64,000 nucleotides of DNA. Origin: Lepidodermella squamata (Eukaryota; Animalia; Gastrotricha). Below the pieces are notes generated by a model. That model had not been told where the DNA came from. It saw only the letters and a program-made list of their open reading frames with translations, and made no database searches. How positions within the stretch are numbered: the stretch's first letter is position 1; each line of letters begins with the position of its first letter. Below, piece by piece: positions 1-13,568 of this stretch. Location: NCBI GenBank assembly GCA_047495785.1, contig JBLDXI010000029.1:3100001-3164000 (forward strand), given 5' to 3'. The position numbers and the translations under genes were made by a program.

Positions 1-299
1 TAGCCAGGCATGGCTAGCGAGGCACGATAGGGGGCGTTTCCTCATCGCTTAATTATACATACCACCCAACCATATTCTTAAGTACCTTAATGAACTTCAA
101 AAACCCAGATTCAAATTTTCAAATTTTCCCGTTGGAGAAGGTCATTTCAGAGATATCAATATTAAGACAATGTTGGGGATTTGATTTGATATCAAAATCA
201 AAATCAAATCTCGCTCCCTCTAAAATCATTTCCTGCTCCCAAAATCAAATCTCAAAACACTGAAATCAAATCCCAAAATCGTTGAAATCTCTGGAAATC

Positions 300-1084
300 A
301 TGTAAGCTTCGCAGTCTGACTGCGACGAGGAAGATAGGCAGAGAGCTGCCGAAGCATCACGCATTAAACCGCCGCCGAAAAATTCGAAAAAGCAGCAAGC
401 TGCCTCATCGTCACCCAAAGAAGCATTTGACGTTGAAGAAGAATCTAATTCTGGCAATAACGGGAATGATAACAAAAAATGGACCGATGAACGGGTGTTG
501 CAGCGATTGCATTGTTCAAGCCAAAGAAATCCATGATCGATAAGGGGAAGGTGAAGGCGATGCCGATCTATAATAAAATCGGCCGGGAATTGTCAACCAA
601 CGAAGTTAATGTTACCGGACCTCAGGTTAAGTCGAAGCTTCTCGCCCTTAAAGCTTCTTTGACAAGCTATAACACCGCAACCAGCAAGACTGGCTCTCAG
701 GCCGACGAAATCGAGGAACCGCCATTTTATGAGCAGCTGAAAGATTTGTACGAAGATGACCCTTCCGTCAAACCCGTGACAAACCTGGCTCCAGGTGGCG
801 TTGTACGCAACGACGATGACGACTTTGCGTCGGAAAAGGAGGAAGAGTCGCAGTCAAAGAAGAAGTCTCGAAAGAAACCCAAGCAGCCGGAGATGACCCC
901 TTTTCAACAAAGCTTTCTCGAGGAATTCAAACAAATCGAAAAGCGCCGGGCGGACCAATACGACAAACTTCTGGCGATACTGGAAAAAAATGCATCGAGC
1001 GAACAGGGCACTCCGAAGCGTTCTCGTTCTGTCATTATTCAGGATGATTTGGATCTTCCGGATATTCCGGAACCTGATAGCTGA
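300..1084 (+). pseudogene. Harbinger Myb/SANT-like DNA-binding protein, disrupted
   Basis: ATG at 300 is followed by TAA. The frame reads ...KKWTDERVLQ, shifts near 504, then continues IALFKPKK...IYNKIGREL...TGPQVKSKLLALK...PPFYEQLKDLY, followed by an acidic/basic region and a coiled-coil-like tail. Confidence 0.75.
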
Positions 1085-1225
1085 ATCTTTGAATCGTGAA
1101 TGAGAAGATCTGTTGTACTAGAAGCAATTCGAGTGATAATAAATGCGGAAGAGTTTTAATCTCAACTATATGAAATGAGGTGTATATTTTTATGTTTAGG
1201 TTCATTTTACCAAGCATTATTCGTA

Positions 1226-2399
1226 ATGAATCCCATAGCGCTATTCATGGCGGCTAGTTATTTCCTGGGATCTTGTGCGCCAGCTGGTCTGATTTCTGAG
1301 GCATTACAGACGAAGAGGCAGCGGCGTAAACATTACCGTGTCCTTGGCTATTATGAAAGGGTAGTTCCCAACTATGATCCAGACGACTTTATCCTGCATT
1401 TTCGAATGACTCGTCGAAAAGCTGTGCAGCTGACCAATTTCCTCGTCAAACAAGGAATAATCATCTCCAATTTAGCCAAACGCCGACGTGGGCGGCCTCC
1501 GTTACCACCGCATGCAAAGGTATTGATGGTACTTCGATATCTTGGTACGAACGAAACCCTAGCAGCTATTGGTGACAAATGGAATGTTGCTACTTCGACC
1601 GTTTGTAATGATGTATACTAAGTCTGTCGTGGTCTATCCAGGTTTCAAAGTCGTTTCATACGATGGCCAAATCATGCTGAAATCGATGAAATTTCAAATC
1701 GCGTGTACGAAAAAACCGGGTTTTCTGGCTTCGTAGGAGCAATAGATGGGACTCACATTCAAATATCCGCGCCTACGAATCAAGGACATGTTTACACCAG
1801 TTACAAGAAGCAGTGCTCACTGCATATGCAGGCTGTTGCTGACGACCGTGGTCGTTTCATCGATGTGTTTATTGGTTACCCTGGCTCCTGCGGCGATCGG
1901 CGTGTTTACAATGAATCGCTGCTAAAGGAAGCGATACGAAACGATTCTAAAACGTTTTTTCCCAGCAACAAGCATCATTTAACAGGAGATAGTGCTTATC
2001 CCGTTCTCCTACACTTGATGGCCCCATTCAAAGAAGCCGATTTGAAGGAAGACCGAGAGAAGCGAACCTCAACCGTCTCTTAGTAAGGCAAGGGTTTGCA
2101 TTGAGCATGCCTTTGGCATACTTAAGGGTCGCTTTCGCCGATTCTTAAAAATGTCTGAATATACGGACATCAAACGTGCTGCCTATCAGTTAGCAGCAGC
2201 CTGTGTCCTGCACAATATTTGTCTAGACGACGGGGAAGACTTTTTTGTTCCCGATCCAGCTCTTGCTGAACGGCAGGTTGTTAACGACCGAGCTGATGTT
2301 CGCGAAGAAGTTTCTGGTGACCAGGCATTTGTTGCAGAGGACTTGGCGGACGACACTGAGGGTGAATTCAAGCGGTTTTTGCTCTGCAATGAGCTTTGA
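1226..2399 (+). pseudogene. Harbinger/HARBI1-type DDE transposase, disrupted
   Basis: Motifs FRMTR, LRYLGT, FIRWP, GAIDGTH, YPGSCGDRRV, GDSAYP, RVCIEHAFGILKGRF and ACVLHNIC are present. In-frame TAA at 1619-1621 and a frameshift near 2070. Confidence 0.9.
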
Positions 2400-2893
2400 A
2401 TACGCTGACGATGAGTGATGAGCAGATTTTCAGAATAAATTGCGAATTTTTATCAATACCTGCTGTGATTACACGTGTGATATTCATCCGATGTTGTGAC
2501 AAATAAAGAAAAGAATTAACAAAGAGCCATTCTTCTTAGAGCGTTGTTTATGATAAATGCCGTTGGGTTGAATTAAAAATCTTTAAAAGTGTGAAAAATG
2601 AAGGCTTCAGCGAGTGACGGAGAATCGACCATAAAATACAATTTTCTACAGTTTCGATAATTATGTACAGAAAAAATACACTTTATACCGTAGAAAAAAC
2701 AGCGCATTTTCGAACGCGTAGAAATTACAGTATTTTTTGTAGAAAGTGCTATTATCGAACGACAATACACAAAATACAGTATATACTGTTCGAAGTGTTG
2801 CGAATAAAAAAACCCCTCTGGGGTTCGAATTATGCAGCTTCTAATGTATTATAACCGGGACTGAGCCAAGTGGCCTTTTGGAGATCAACATTC

Positions 2894-4145
2894 CTAATCC
2901 AGCTGTCCACTCATTTTCAAAAATAGAAAAAGGTCGATGATAAGCAAAGAGAAAATTGAGAAGACAGTAACTGCCAAGTCGATAAGCCGAAGCTTAGTTA
3001 ATCGCAACTTACCGATGGCAACACGCTGCCGGCCCCATTTTGACTTGGCAATGTTGCAAGCAATCAGAGCGTAAATCGTCATCAGACAACAATAGATCAC
3101 TTTGATAGTAATCATAACGATCAAATAAACAGTTTGAGACGTTCGCGGAATCTGGCTGAAAACCAGAGCCAATAGAACTGATATGGCTATAACAACTGTG
3201 ATGCAATAAGTAGGCCTATCAGGGTGTTTAGGATTCATAATCAAAGCACACATCTGCAAGATTACAGTCGCAAAAACTGGGAGAAAAATATTGCCGACAT
3301 AGTAGTTATACCTTCGTTGCAGGGAAAATCTCATTGAAAGATGGCTGTACCTGCCCTTTAGGGAAATATTGTAAGCAGATGAGCCTCGTATTGAATCCCA
3401 GACGTCAGTATCAGAAACGAATGTTGCCATTGCTGTGCTAGCAATTGCGAAACTCGCCTCTGTTATTTTGAGAACTGAGACACTGTCCCTAGCTTCAACC
3501 TCAATCGAACAATCAAGTCTGTCGTAGGGGAAGTTGCGAATGTCAAAGCCGTAACAATACGTTTTAATAGGTTTGAAAACACGGACGAAGCCGTAGACAG
3601 GACTCTCTGATGCGGCGTAGAAAATTCGCAGATCTTCGCTGCCTAAAATGTCGCCCGAATCCATGCCATTCATGTGCTCAACAACAGGTCGCCACGATCT
3701 TGAAGTGTCACTTGGTACATATATCGTGTTTTCATTCGACATGCTAGGTACATCGTTCGTGCTCATTGTTTTGCAACCTGAAGGCGGCATGTACCAAGTG
3801 AGCCAATAGCTCGCGAGAACTGTTAAACTGATAAAGAAAATCTAGCGTTGTTCCTAAGCCGGAATCGGCTCACCTTTGAGAAAGATCGTCAACTTCAACC
3901 AATCTGTGCATACGCACATAGATTGAGATGTTGATGGGCAGGTCAGTTAGTCGGCCTTTGTACCCGAGCTCGAGGTCGAGTTCGATCTCGCGCGCAAGAG
4001 GACACGCGCTATTGAAAAAGTAGTCGGACATTTCCTTCGTGTAGCTCCGATTATCGATATCATCATTCGGATTTTGCAAAAATCCAGACAGCTGCGCCAC
4101 TGTAAAGTGTACAACAAAAAGGCAGATGCAAACGCTGATCGACAT
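2894..4145 (-). CDS. Divergent pentameric ligand-gated (Cys-loop) ion channel subunit; exons 4145-3874 and 3827-2894
   Basis: Signal peptide MSISVCICLFVVHFTVA. A 46-nt GT-AG intron (3828-3873) joins the frames. Contains LVEVDD, SWRP, Cys-loop CYGFDIRNFPYDRLDC, LQRRYNYYVGNIFLP, four TM helices and the M2-M3 loop IPRTS. Confidence 0.88.
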
Positions 4146-5539
4146 TTTCAGTATGTTGCAATTTTCAGACTCGATCTGATGCCAGCAGGTCGGATGCACC
4201 CATTCGAATTTAAGCGAATTAAATACATAATTTAAGCGTGAATATGTTGTTATTATCAGCTTAGACGGACGATTGCAGCGGCGTTGCCACTGGGCACGGT
4301 CGGTTAATCGCTGCAAGATACGCTGTGGTGCGTGATATCGTTTCATTAATTATGCAAATACTCGTAAATAACAAAAGCTGGATTTTTTTCCTGGACTCAT
4401 TTGCATGCCAAAAGTTGTTTTTTGTTGTTGTTTTTTACAAATTGTTGCATAGCTAATTAACCAATATCAAAATATTGCTTCCGGATTGCTGGATTGGGTT
4501 GGAAAAATTGCCGTCCCGAGATACCAATGCGATTGGGGGAAAATGTAGAGATATCAATAATTGTTCTCTCATTGGCAATTATTTTTGGGAAAACGTTAGC
4601 GAAAAACGGATTTATGAGGGGTTTCTTAATGATGAAATAGTCAGTTTTGATGAGCATCAATAATTGACTATCGCTTCCGGCGTGATTTTGCCGATGGAAT
4701 TGGGGACAAATTAGAGGAATCAATAATTCTTCCCTCATTCAACCCTTTTTGATTGAGATAGCGTTGGGGGTTGGGGATTTTTGAATGGGTTTTTAATGAT
4801 TAAATAGCCAATTTTTCTTACTATTTACTAGGAATGACTAATTTTAAACTCTTTTTAGAATAGCCAAGCGGAAATAAAAAAGCTAAAATCCCGTCAATAC
4901 TCGCTCAAAACTTGCTAACAGATGAAATTTGAAAGGATTCAGACATCGACCCTTGATATCAATTGCCTTTGCTCCCTCTCCAACACGGCCATGCAGACAT
5001 TTAGGGGCGTATTATTCCCAGTGACGGTTAAGAAAATGAGAGATCCGTCAGACAGTAAATTCGAAATAGCATTGAAATACCATCGAATGTCTCATTCATA
5101 TAGTGGAGTTTTGGGCGATATTGAGGCAACTGAAGCCCGTCAACAGCGCTACCCGCTAAGTCCCTCACGTCCCTGGAATTACTTTCTGATAAATACCGAA
5201 ATTTAATGCACTCGATGTAAATTAATTATAAGTAAATCAAGTTAAATTATTCCCAGTGGCTAGCTTGAGAGCGAAAATTTGATTGCGGCCGTGGCTTTGA
5301 TCTGGCCATCATGCATGGATAGATGGATTGAATGATGGATATTGGACTCTAAGACCAATTCTGGTGATTTAACGAGTGTGTTAGAGCTGTGTTAGAGAGG
5401 TGGCACAACAGAATAGAAAAATAAATTATAAGAATATACTCTTCTCCGTGCGTGTTTTTACTCGAAACAAAGCTAAGCTGGCGTCAACAACTGCTTAATT
5501 TCTAATAATCTTATCCAACACTTCGATAAGAACACTTCG

Positions 5540-5910
5540 AAACGCGGGCATTCCTCAAGGCATTGTCCCCCGCCTACTATTGTTTATTCTATTTTTGATT
5601 GCTACTGATGGCAAGTTAAATATTGGATGTTGCTATATGAACACAGGAACAGTGTATCGCCCAATGGCTATGCGTACACAATGTGAGTGACACACAGCCA
5701 AATTAAAGCGCGCGCTGTGTTCAAATAGCCAATCGAGCACACACAATGTGTACGCATAGCCAATAGGTAATACTCAATCCTGTGTTCACATAGCCATGTC
5801 CTTAAATATTGATTCCTCGCTTTATTTTGTTTGCTGATAATTACAACGTTTTCAGACCTATTATGACCGAAGAAGATACAAAAATATTGCAAAGCGATCT
5901 TGAAATTAAT
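5540..5910 (+). mobile_element. Degenerate CR1/L2-like LINE reverse transcriptase fragments
   Basis: GIPQG...LLFILF and FILFADNYNVFRPIMTEEDTKILQSDL resemble the LINE RT GVPQG and FADD...LQSDL motifs. Confidence 0.5.
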
Positions 5911-6853
5911 GGTTGGAAATCTAGCGTTCTTTGCATCGGGTCAAATGAAGAAAAAAATAATTGTGCAATAAATGCCAGGGATGAAACAACATTTTGCTGT
6001 CTTTGCCAAAATGACTAGTGATTTCAGGGAAAAAACGAGCGAAGCAAGGAAATTTTAAAGTTTGTTGACTGAAACACGCTCAAAAACCTCTGATAGCGGG
6101 CGAAATTTTCAATTCGTTGTCCGGTCTGGCCGAGCTGGGTGGGATAATACCCCCACCCCCTCTCAAAGTCGCACTGTTTGTCGCCGATAAACTAAATTTT
6201 CCCTAACACCGCGCAGATCTTGTTAACAGATGTGCTAGTCATGTGCTCCGTTATCAAAAGCGTTCAGATGTAATCGTAAGAAAAATGTGGCGTAGGTATA
6301 AAGCCTTATGTCTTTTGAATTAAGGGGTCGGTCTTGCTCAAGGCCTCCGAGAAACGAATGAGGAAGCTCAGATCGCTTGTAAGACACTGCGTCGCCTTGA
6401 GGCTGCCGTTAACGGAGTCCGGATTTCACGTTCGTTTTTGGCTTGTAAAGCTCGATTGGCTTGACGGGCGCTTGAGAAAATGGAGGTACTGGAATATTAA
6501 CTTCATTTCGTGTGCGTGCCATCTTCCACCGAGAGTGAGCTCTCAACCAGCACTGAATATTACGTGTAGTATTAGCTATTGAGTAGATATTGATATCCGG
6601 CCTAATTTACCGAAACTTTTGTCCTTTCTTTTCCTGCAAACATTTTCAATCGATGCCAAAACTACTGTATGCAAGATATTTGATGGACAGTTGAGGTGAC
6701 ATGCTGATCAAACGAAGAAATAAGCCAGCCGGAGAAAAAATGTTACGAAATTTCCTGACGTCACGTAGTTGCTCTGAATATTAAATGTACTGATCATATA
6801 GCAAGCCTCTGAATCAATAACAACAATTCTTTCAGCTTGAGTTATAATTTCAG

Positions 6854-9800
6854 ATGGCAATCGCCTTAGCTTTTCTATTAGTCGCTTCATCATATGTTAT
6901 CCCGCTAATCCTAACGCAAAGTAAGCAGTTGATCATTCGTAGGTCTCGATAAATGTTGGCTTCATCATTAACCTATAGCATGCTCCCCTGCTTGCATGAA
7001 CGGAGGCACGTGCATCGCGACAAATAGTTGCATATGTCAGCCGAGTTACTCGGAAAAAATCTGCGAAACTCGTAAGTTTTACTTTTTACCACAGTAATGT
7101 TTTGCCACTGGAATTACTTAACATCTCTCGTAGCGGTTTGCGCTGACACATGCAACCCGCCGACTTCGGGCTGCACTGCACCCAATGTCTGCACGTGTTT
7201 GGCAAGATTCACCGGCCCTCGATGTTCAGAATGTAAATTTGAAAATCCCGTTTGCGAATTACAGGGGGTACAAGGGGGTACCGTACCGCAGCCCCAGCTC
7301 CAGAGATCCGAGCAAGAAAACCCGGTTTGGCAAATTTCTGTACTTTCCAGCAAATCGCAAAAAGTGTGTTGACTTAAAGAAGGACTCCAAATTGTGGATA
7401 CTAAGTTTCTATTCAGGATTTACAATCTTCAAATTTTAGATCTTTAGGGAGTTTCCCATCCTCCTTGAAAGACAGGTAACCCCCAATTATCTCAAGTCTT
7501 ATGGAAATTTTGTATGCTTGCCGAATCAGAGAATAATTTCTGCGAAGTTGTCGGAAGAAACTAAACAATATAGTATAGTGGGTAATCGTTTTAACGTTCA
7601 GATATCAGCACACCTCTAACGGATCCTGACAACTACATTGAGCAATGGTCCTATCCGAACAATGCAAACTACAGCCTCTGGAAGTACCGTTATTCTGCGA
7701 CAGCACCCGGGCCTGTTTTACAGCCTAACAAAGCTGTGAGGCTGACTTTCGGCCAAGGCCCTCACAATAATGGCTACATGCTTGGGAAGGTACCATTCAC
7801 GCTGACAGACTTCAGCATCAACGCAACGATTTATTCGCACGAAGGCGCCAACTATTCCTTCACGGGTGTATATGTTGCCAACGAAAATGCACTGATTCCA
7901 AGTCCATCTGGAGGGGGTGTGTTGAACAGGCATAATAGCTTCATACAGTTTACAGCCATTTGTTGTGATCAGGCAACAACGTCGACCCTAGCAAGTTACG
8001 GGGTGTTATAACCGAATTTGGGTTCGATGGCACTACTGGGCTGATATCCGCATTTACAATGAAGAAAACGAATTACTACACGACAGTTACGAGAGTCAAC
8101 ACACGTTACCACGTCGGCATGGTCGTGCGCAACGGCCAATTTTGGGTTGGTGATAGCGAGATCCCATCGCCCATTCAACCTTTCATTGTGTTTCAGATCG
8201 ACCAATGCACGACGACTAGTTGTGTTTCGGCACACTCGGCTATTCCGAGTAACACCTTCCCGATTTCTGGCGAATCTGCCTACGTCGGCGTGTATGCTTG
8301 TGGCAACCACGTCGATGTCATAGACCTGCGAGTTTATTCGCTCATGATATGTCCTGTTACTTGCATCCGCGGCCACTGTGCTCCTGGACCAAGTGGTGGG
8401 CCCAATCAGTGCTACTGCAAACAAGGTTGGATGGGCGTTGATTGTTCAAAAAGTGAGTAGCTATGAAGGATTCTGTGAATCCTCGACCTTTCGATTTTCA
8501 GAAATTAGCCCGTGCAAAAATGGAGGGACATGTATAGGACCGGGCATTTGCAAATGTCCCAAGGGACTAACGGGAGATGACTGCAGTGAGAAGGGTACTT
8601 TGCCTTAGAAAACGTCTTTTCAATATTTATTTCTGTTATCATAGCTCGCCCTCAGTTTTATCTGCCTGAGAATTGCGGGAGGGGCTTTCGGTTGATCAAA
8701 GCAGACACTTTTCAAGAAATCATCGGCATTGACTTGAGGACCTGCTTGGACACGTGCTACAGAAGTGGCGCTTATCGATGCCGCTCCGCCTCATATAATC
8801 CGTCGAATGCAACGTGCTGGCTGAACACCGGGCACACGAACGAGCTGTGGGAGGGTCTCGAGGCTGCTCCAGGCTGGTTTTACTATCACTTGGTATGATA
8901 ATACACTAGAAGATGATGGGTATCAAAATTGTAATATTTCACTACGCAGGAGGCAGATGAGACTCCGATTTGCAGGGCCAACACTTACACTGGTAAAATC
9001 TGTTAGGTTGTAGACGACTGTCAACAAGTCATTTTCTTCGATAGATTGCACGCTGGTGACGCGGCTCGGCTTGGGTCCCGGCAGATATCGATTTCAAGCT
9101 GACATTGGCGATAAATCGTTCGAAGCTGATTGTATCTATCTGCCTAACAGCGTTTGCAACGCGACTTGCATCGGTGGCCCATTCAAGCCTACAGAAAGTA
9201 ATTTTTCCATCTCATTCAAATGACTCATTCTAATTTATAACGAATTTTGATCAGTGGTAATGGTATTTCATCGCCGAACCGGTAAGTCTGGCGGATTTTA
9301 AGTCGAAATAGCATGAAAGTCATTTAAATTAGCGCTAGTCGACTGGAATTACGGAAAAATGATGTACCAAGACTATAAATGGGGTAAGATCAATTTGATC
9401 CTAAAATGGCTATAGAATGCCGTAATCTTGCAACCAGGATTCGGGTCGAAAACCAACTCAACGCAATGGCTCGGTTTGGAATGGGCCAACCGCTTGATGT
9501 CAAACTATTTGATTGCAACTTCAGCGGACAAGACAAACTGTTTGAAAGTTGAACCCCTCAACAGCACTACGTCATTCCTTGTCGTTTCGAACCCCACCAG
9601 CAATACAGCGTGTTCTCGCTTTGTTTCTAGACAGGGCAAGGTGAGACTTGTGGAACTTGTGTCAATCTTAGAACTTCATATATATTCACTTTTTGAAAGC
9701 TATTCATAAAAAATCGATCCGTATGCTTGTGCCACGATGCGATGACTGATTACGTGGTCACATGTGGCTGCAACTACTACCTGTCGCGAAAATTCTACTT

Positions 9801-10480
9801 CGACGAGTACATCAGCCGTGTCGTTGAACGCTACGACCCACCCTGGTCTTACGGAACTCGCAGATGGTCTGGCAATGGGCAAATCAGAACGCCTGTTTCT
9901 GCTACTCTAGCTAAAACTTACGACGACGGTCTAGCTTTGGTTAAAATCCCGTGTAAGTTAACCCGAGTTTCATCTCGATGCGAATTCAGCTTTTCCCATG
10001 ACAGCAACTTGGTCCATCATCATGCAAATGGAAACATCAGCCGGTAGAATGGGCGGCTTGGTTTTCAAGGATTGCTATCTCGACAACGAAATCAATAGCT
10101 ATAGAATTGCCTGTGCCTCCACATCGAATGTTAGCTCTCATTTTTTAAAGGAAAACAATACAAGACCTATCACTGCTGTTTTCAGTCGCAGTCAACTTAC
10201 GCGCCAAGTGGAATGACAAGTGGGGCCTTGGCTCTCGAACTGCCTTTCTTAGCCCAGGACCGGCCGTCCAACTCGGCGACGTTCGGCGGAGGTTCCTGGA
10301 TGACAAACAACACGCTCATTGGCTTGGCGTGTTTCACTTGCATGACACCGTGAGCTTTTTCAGCATGCGAAAGACTTGACCTTTGACTGTTTTATCAGTG
10401 ATTCCTATGGGATAAATGGCTTTTCAACGGCGAGCAACTACAGCGGAGCTTCGTTGATTATTTTGCACACGCTGGCCTGA
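6854..10480 (+). CDS. Multi-exon secreted mosaic protein: signal peptide, 2x EGF, beta-rich lectin-like domain, 2x EGF, PAN/apple, fibrinogen-like (FReD) C-terminal region
   Basis: Signal peptide MAIALAFLLVASSYVIPLILTQ. EGF exons CSPACMNGGTC..., CNPPTSGCTAPNVCTC..., CIRGHC...CYCKQGWMGVDC and CKNGGTCIGPGICKC. PAN motif CLDTC...CRSASYN...CWLN. FReD-like YQDYKWGFG...WLGLE. Short GT-AG introns; stop TGA at 10478-10480. Some 3' exon boundaries are uncertain. Confidence 0.75.
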
Positions 10481-11161
10481 TTGTAAACTTGGTTCAGGCA
10501 ATGAATACGAAAGCTTTCGAGCTCAACTGCATGCTAAGCCTAGAAAAATATCCTATCTCGCGTAGATTGAATTAATTATAATATCTGCTTATTTCTGCAA
10601 TAGCTACTCTCATCTGTTGTAATTCAAAATACCTTTATAGCGGTTCATGAATGAACTTCTTACCTCATCGTTAATACTATAGCAGCTGGTAAGAGCAGCA
10701 ATCAACCAATCAGCGGGCGCGCTGGAGTTTGACTTTTTAGTAGTTACCAAATTCAAAAATTCAAAAATTCAGGAAACATTCTGGCTTTTTTACTGAATTT
10801 TCTCAAATTTCCGGAATTAATTGCTGCAGTAATTCATGATAATTTCATCGGCCAAATTTCATCCGGAAATGTTATCCTTCAAGCGATAGTTGACAGGTGC
10901 AATGACAGCGTTTGAATTCAGACTTCTTGCTATTCAATGTTAAACAGCGGCTCGTTAGATCTCCCAAGTATTGATAACACCTTAACCGCCCTTGTGTTAA
11001 GCTTTATCTGCAAAGCCAAATAATAAACAATATTTCACCCTTACTTTTATTCAAATAGAATTTCATAGGCTATAGGATAGATCAATTTTAAACAGCTATC
11101 AAGTTCGCATGCAGCCAATTCTCGGGGTGACCTGCATTCAATGTGATTTATCATGTTAGTT

Positions 11162-12338
11162 TCAGTGGACTGGCAGGATTGACTCGGGGCAGCAAAGGCA
11201 GCTACAATACATTATAGGAACTCCGCATATAACGAGACCAATGCAGGCAGCCAAGGCGATCCACAAGTAAAAATTGAGCTCTGAAATTAAAAAAAATAGG
11301 TAAATAAAAATAACTTGGAAATGTAAATAAAATGATCGATTCCAGGTATCGATTTTACAAATCACTGATTTTTCCGATAAAATCACAATTTCGAAGACCT
11401 AATAAGGATAACCCAAGGATATCACGTGAACAAATTATCAAAATTATTATCAAAATCGAATAATATCGAAAGGAAATTTAGTTCAAATTCAGAATTTTGG
11501 TTTGCAAAACTAGAGCCTTTTCATATGGCAAGGATGCGCCGGTCTCACCTGTAAGCAAAATAAATTTATCCTTAAATTATATAAATTTTAATTTTAAATC
11601 GAAATTCGCTCAGTTGTTGATTTTTTCGAAAAATACTTCGAATTAATAATTGAAAACTTGAATACCTGATTTATCAGAGCCGTCAATCGAAGACGTGCTG
11701 TTCGAATTGCTCGAAGATGGGGTTATTATTCGCTGATTATTGATCGGATTCGAATGGGCCCTACCCCTTGACAATCGCCGAACCTGAGATCGCTTCACTC
11801 GACCCAAAGAAGCCTCGTAAATCACCTCGCCAAAACACTCGAAAAATTCATCGCCGATTTGCGGAAATAAATCGCCAAAATTTTCGTTATTTTCCAACAG
11901 GTAAAAATCGAAAGAAGGCCGATCTCCAGTTTGATCAACGTAATAAAGCTTCATCATTTTCCGCGGAAATCTACCAGGGAATTTAAGAAACTGGCTCGAA
12001 TTTGATGAAAACGTGAGATTATCAGGGCACGAGCCAAGAAAACAGGTTAAATTGAATCGCGGGAAAAATCCGATAAATTCGTCCTCGCCATTTCCATCAA
12101 TTTCCGCCAAATATCGTGGGAAAATTGGCAGAACAACCGCCGATTTTTCGCGCTTTCCATCGAAATATTGCCGGCTAGCAGCGTTCGTGCTCGCAAAAAT
12201 GTGCATCGTCTTCAAATTCGCCGTACATTCATCGTCGATTTTCGCAATTGTAGCTCGGAAAAACATGGCTAATTCATGTTTCGAGAAAACGAGAATCGGC
12301 AGAGATAGCAAAATCGCGACAAGACATAAAATCATCAT
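11162..12338 (-). CDS. Unrecognised type-I membrane protein, paralogue 1; exons 12338-11666 and 11280-11162
   Basis: Signal peptide MMILCLVAILLSLPILVFS, Cys-containing ectodomain, basic RVKR site, Ser-rich stalk. A phase-1 intron leads to a TM exon (LWIALAACIGLVICGVPIMYC) with a Cys-rich tail. Confidence 0.65.
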
Positions 12339-12483
12339 TTTTAAACGAATAAAATTTCTAAAAAATTGGAATAATCTTGATAAAAGCAGAAAAATAATAT
12401 TTCTCATCATCAACCTGACTTTAAAATCAATCACATACAATCATTATTTCATCTTTCAGCTCATCATCGGCAATAAATCCCCC

Positions 12484-13568
12484 TTAAATCTTGGGGGAAA
12501 ATGTGCAAATTCTATAATTATACTTGTTTGTTGTTTGTTGGTAGAATTTGAGCGAATCGTCTTCAGGCCGCGCTGTTAGCAGTGTTTTGGCGCTGCTTTT
12601 TCTTCGATTCGTGACTTTTTTTCAGGCAATAATAGATGCCCCAAACAATCAAAAGTATAACCAAAATGCTCCAGACTAAAAAGCAATAATATAAAGAAAA
12701 TACAATTTTCAGCAGACCTCAAATTTGTATTGGAATTTTAACAAAAATCACAAAAAAATCACGCTTTACAACGCAATAAAAAAAATTGAAAAATTTTCCA
12801 GTCGTCATTTTCTTCTGCAATTCGGGCTTTCAAGTAATTAATTAGCTTGATTCCGGAAAAAAAACAGGGATAGCCTATAAATTACTTACGAATCTTCGTA
12901 ATTCGCTGAAATGATTCGTGGCTTCGAATAACTGCAGCCTGATATTCCAATGTTATATCTTTTGCCTTGTCTTCGTATTTCTTTTGAATTTCATAGTGGC
13001 CGTTATCCCATCCCTGGGCCTGAGCTTTGTCGATGCCACCATTCAGCACAGCCACGCTGCCTCGGCATTTTACAATCGATTGCTGGCCGTGATTCGAATG
13101 GGCCTGGTCATGCCCGGCGACGAGAGACAGCTTGAATTGAGCCGGATTTGCCGCCTCCTTATCGCTGCAAAGATCCATCGTCGAATTCCGGCCATATTGA
13201 CACGTCGAATTCAGCGATAAATTCGACGGTTCGAACCTCGGAAAATTGGGGCAAGACGGCTCGAGTGAATAACACGTCAAGCTCAGCTGCGGCAAAATCC
13301 AGCCAGAAAACTCGGGATCGTCACTCACGAGGTTCGCTTTACAAATTGAAATATTCGCTGAAAATTTGCTAGCAATTTCAGGGAAGAGATTCGATTCCGT
13401 CGAAGCGTGAATAACCAGGTTTGAGATATCGCCAGCGCAGTGATCATCGTCGATTGCTGGGATTGACATCTCCAAGTAGTAGAGCTGGGGTTCAGTTTTA
13501 GCAGCATTTGACCCAATTCCGATCATCAGCAGAGCCACAGCAGAAATCAGGTTCAATTGATACTTCAT
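12484..13568 (-). CDS. Unrecognised type-I membrane protein, paralogue 2; two exons
   Basis: Signal peptide MKYQLNLISAVALLMIGIGSNA. Shares IDD.C, HAS/FAS-T, EF.G..P..LTC...CP and C.G.V with paralogue 1. Donor near 12888 splices to a TM exon LWSILVILLIVWGIYYCLKK, ending TAA at 12484. Confidence 0.65.

Larger units (their letters stand above)
300..2399 (+). mobile_element. Decayed PIF/Harbinger DNA transposon (Myb/SANT-like gene plus DDE nuclease gene); termini not located
   Basis: A Myb-like ORF followed by a HARBI1-type nuclease is the canonical two-gene Harbinger layout. Both genes carry stops or frameshifts. No TIR pair was found. Confidence 0.85.

Noticed and set aside
28-50. taggggcgtttc-like sequence as the Harbinger left TIR
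   Set aside because: No matching inverted copy was found downstream of the transposase.
7917-8059. Apparent frameshift between ORFs 7736-8011 and 8059-8460
   Set aside because: Explained by a ~56-nt GT-AG intron (about 7917-7972).
12013-12579. 188-aa plus-strand ORF and many other short ORFs in the track
   Set aside because: They are antisense shadows of real genes or TE ORFs, or fall in repeats, and show no motifs.
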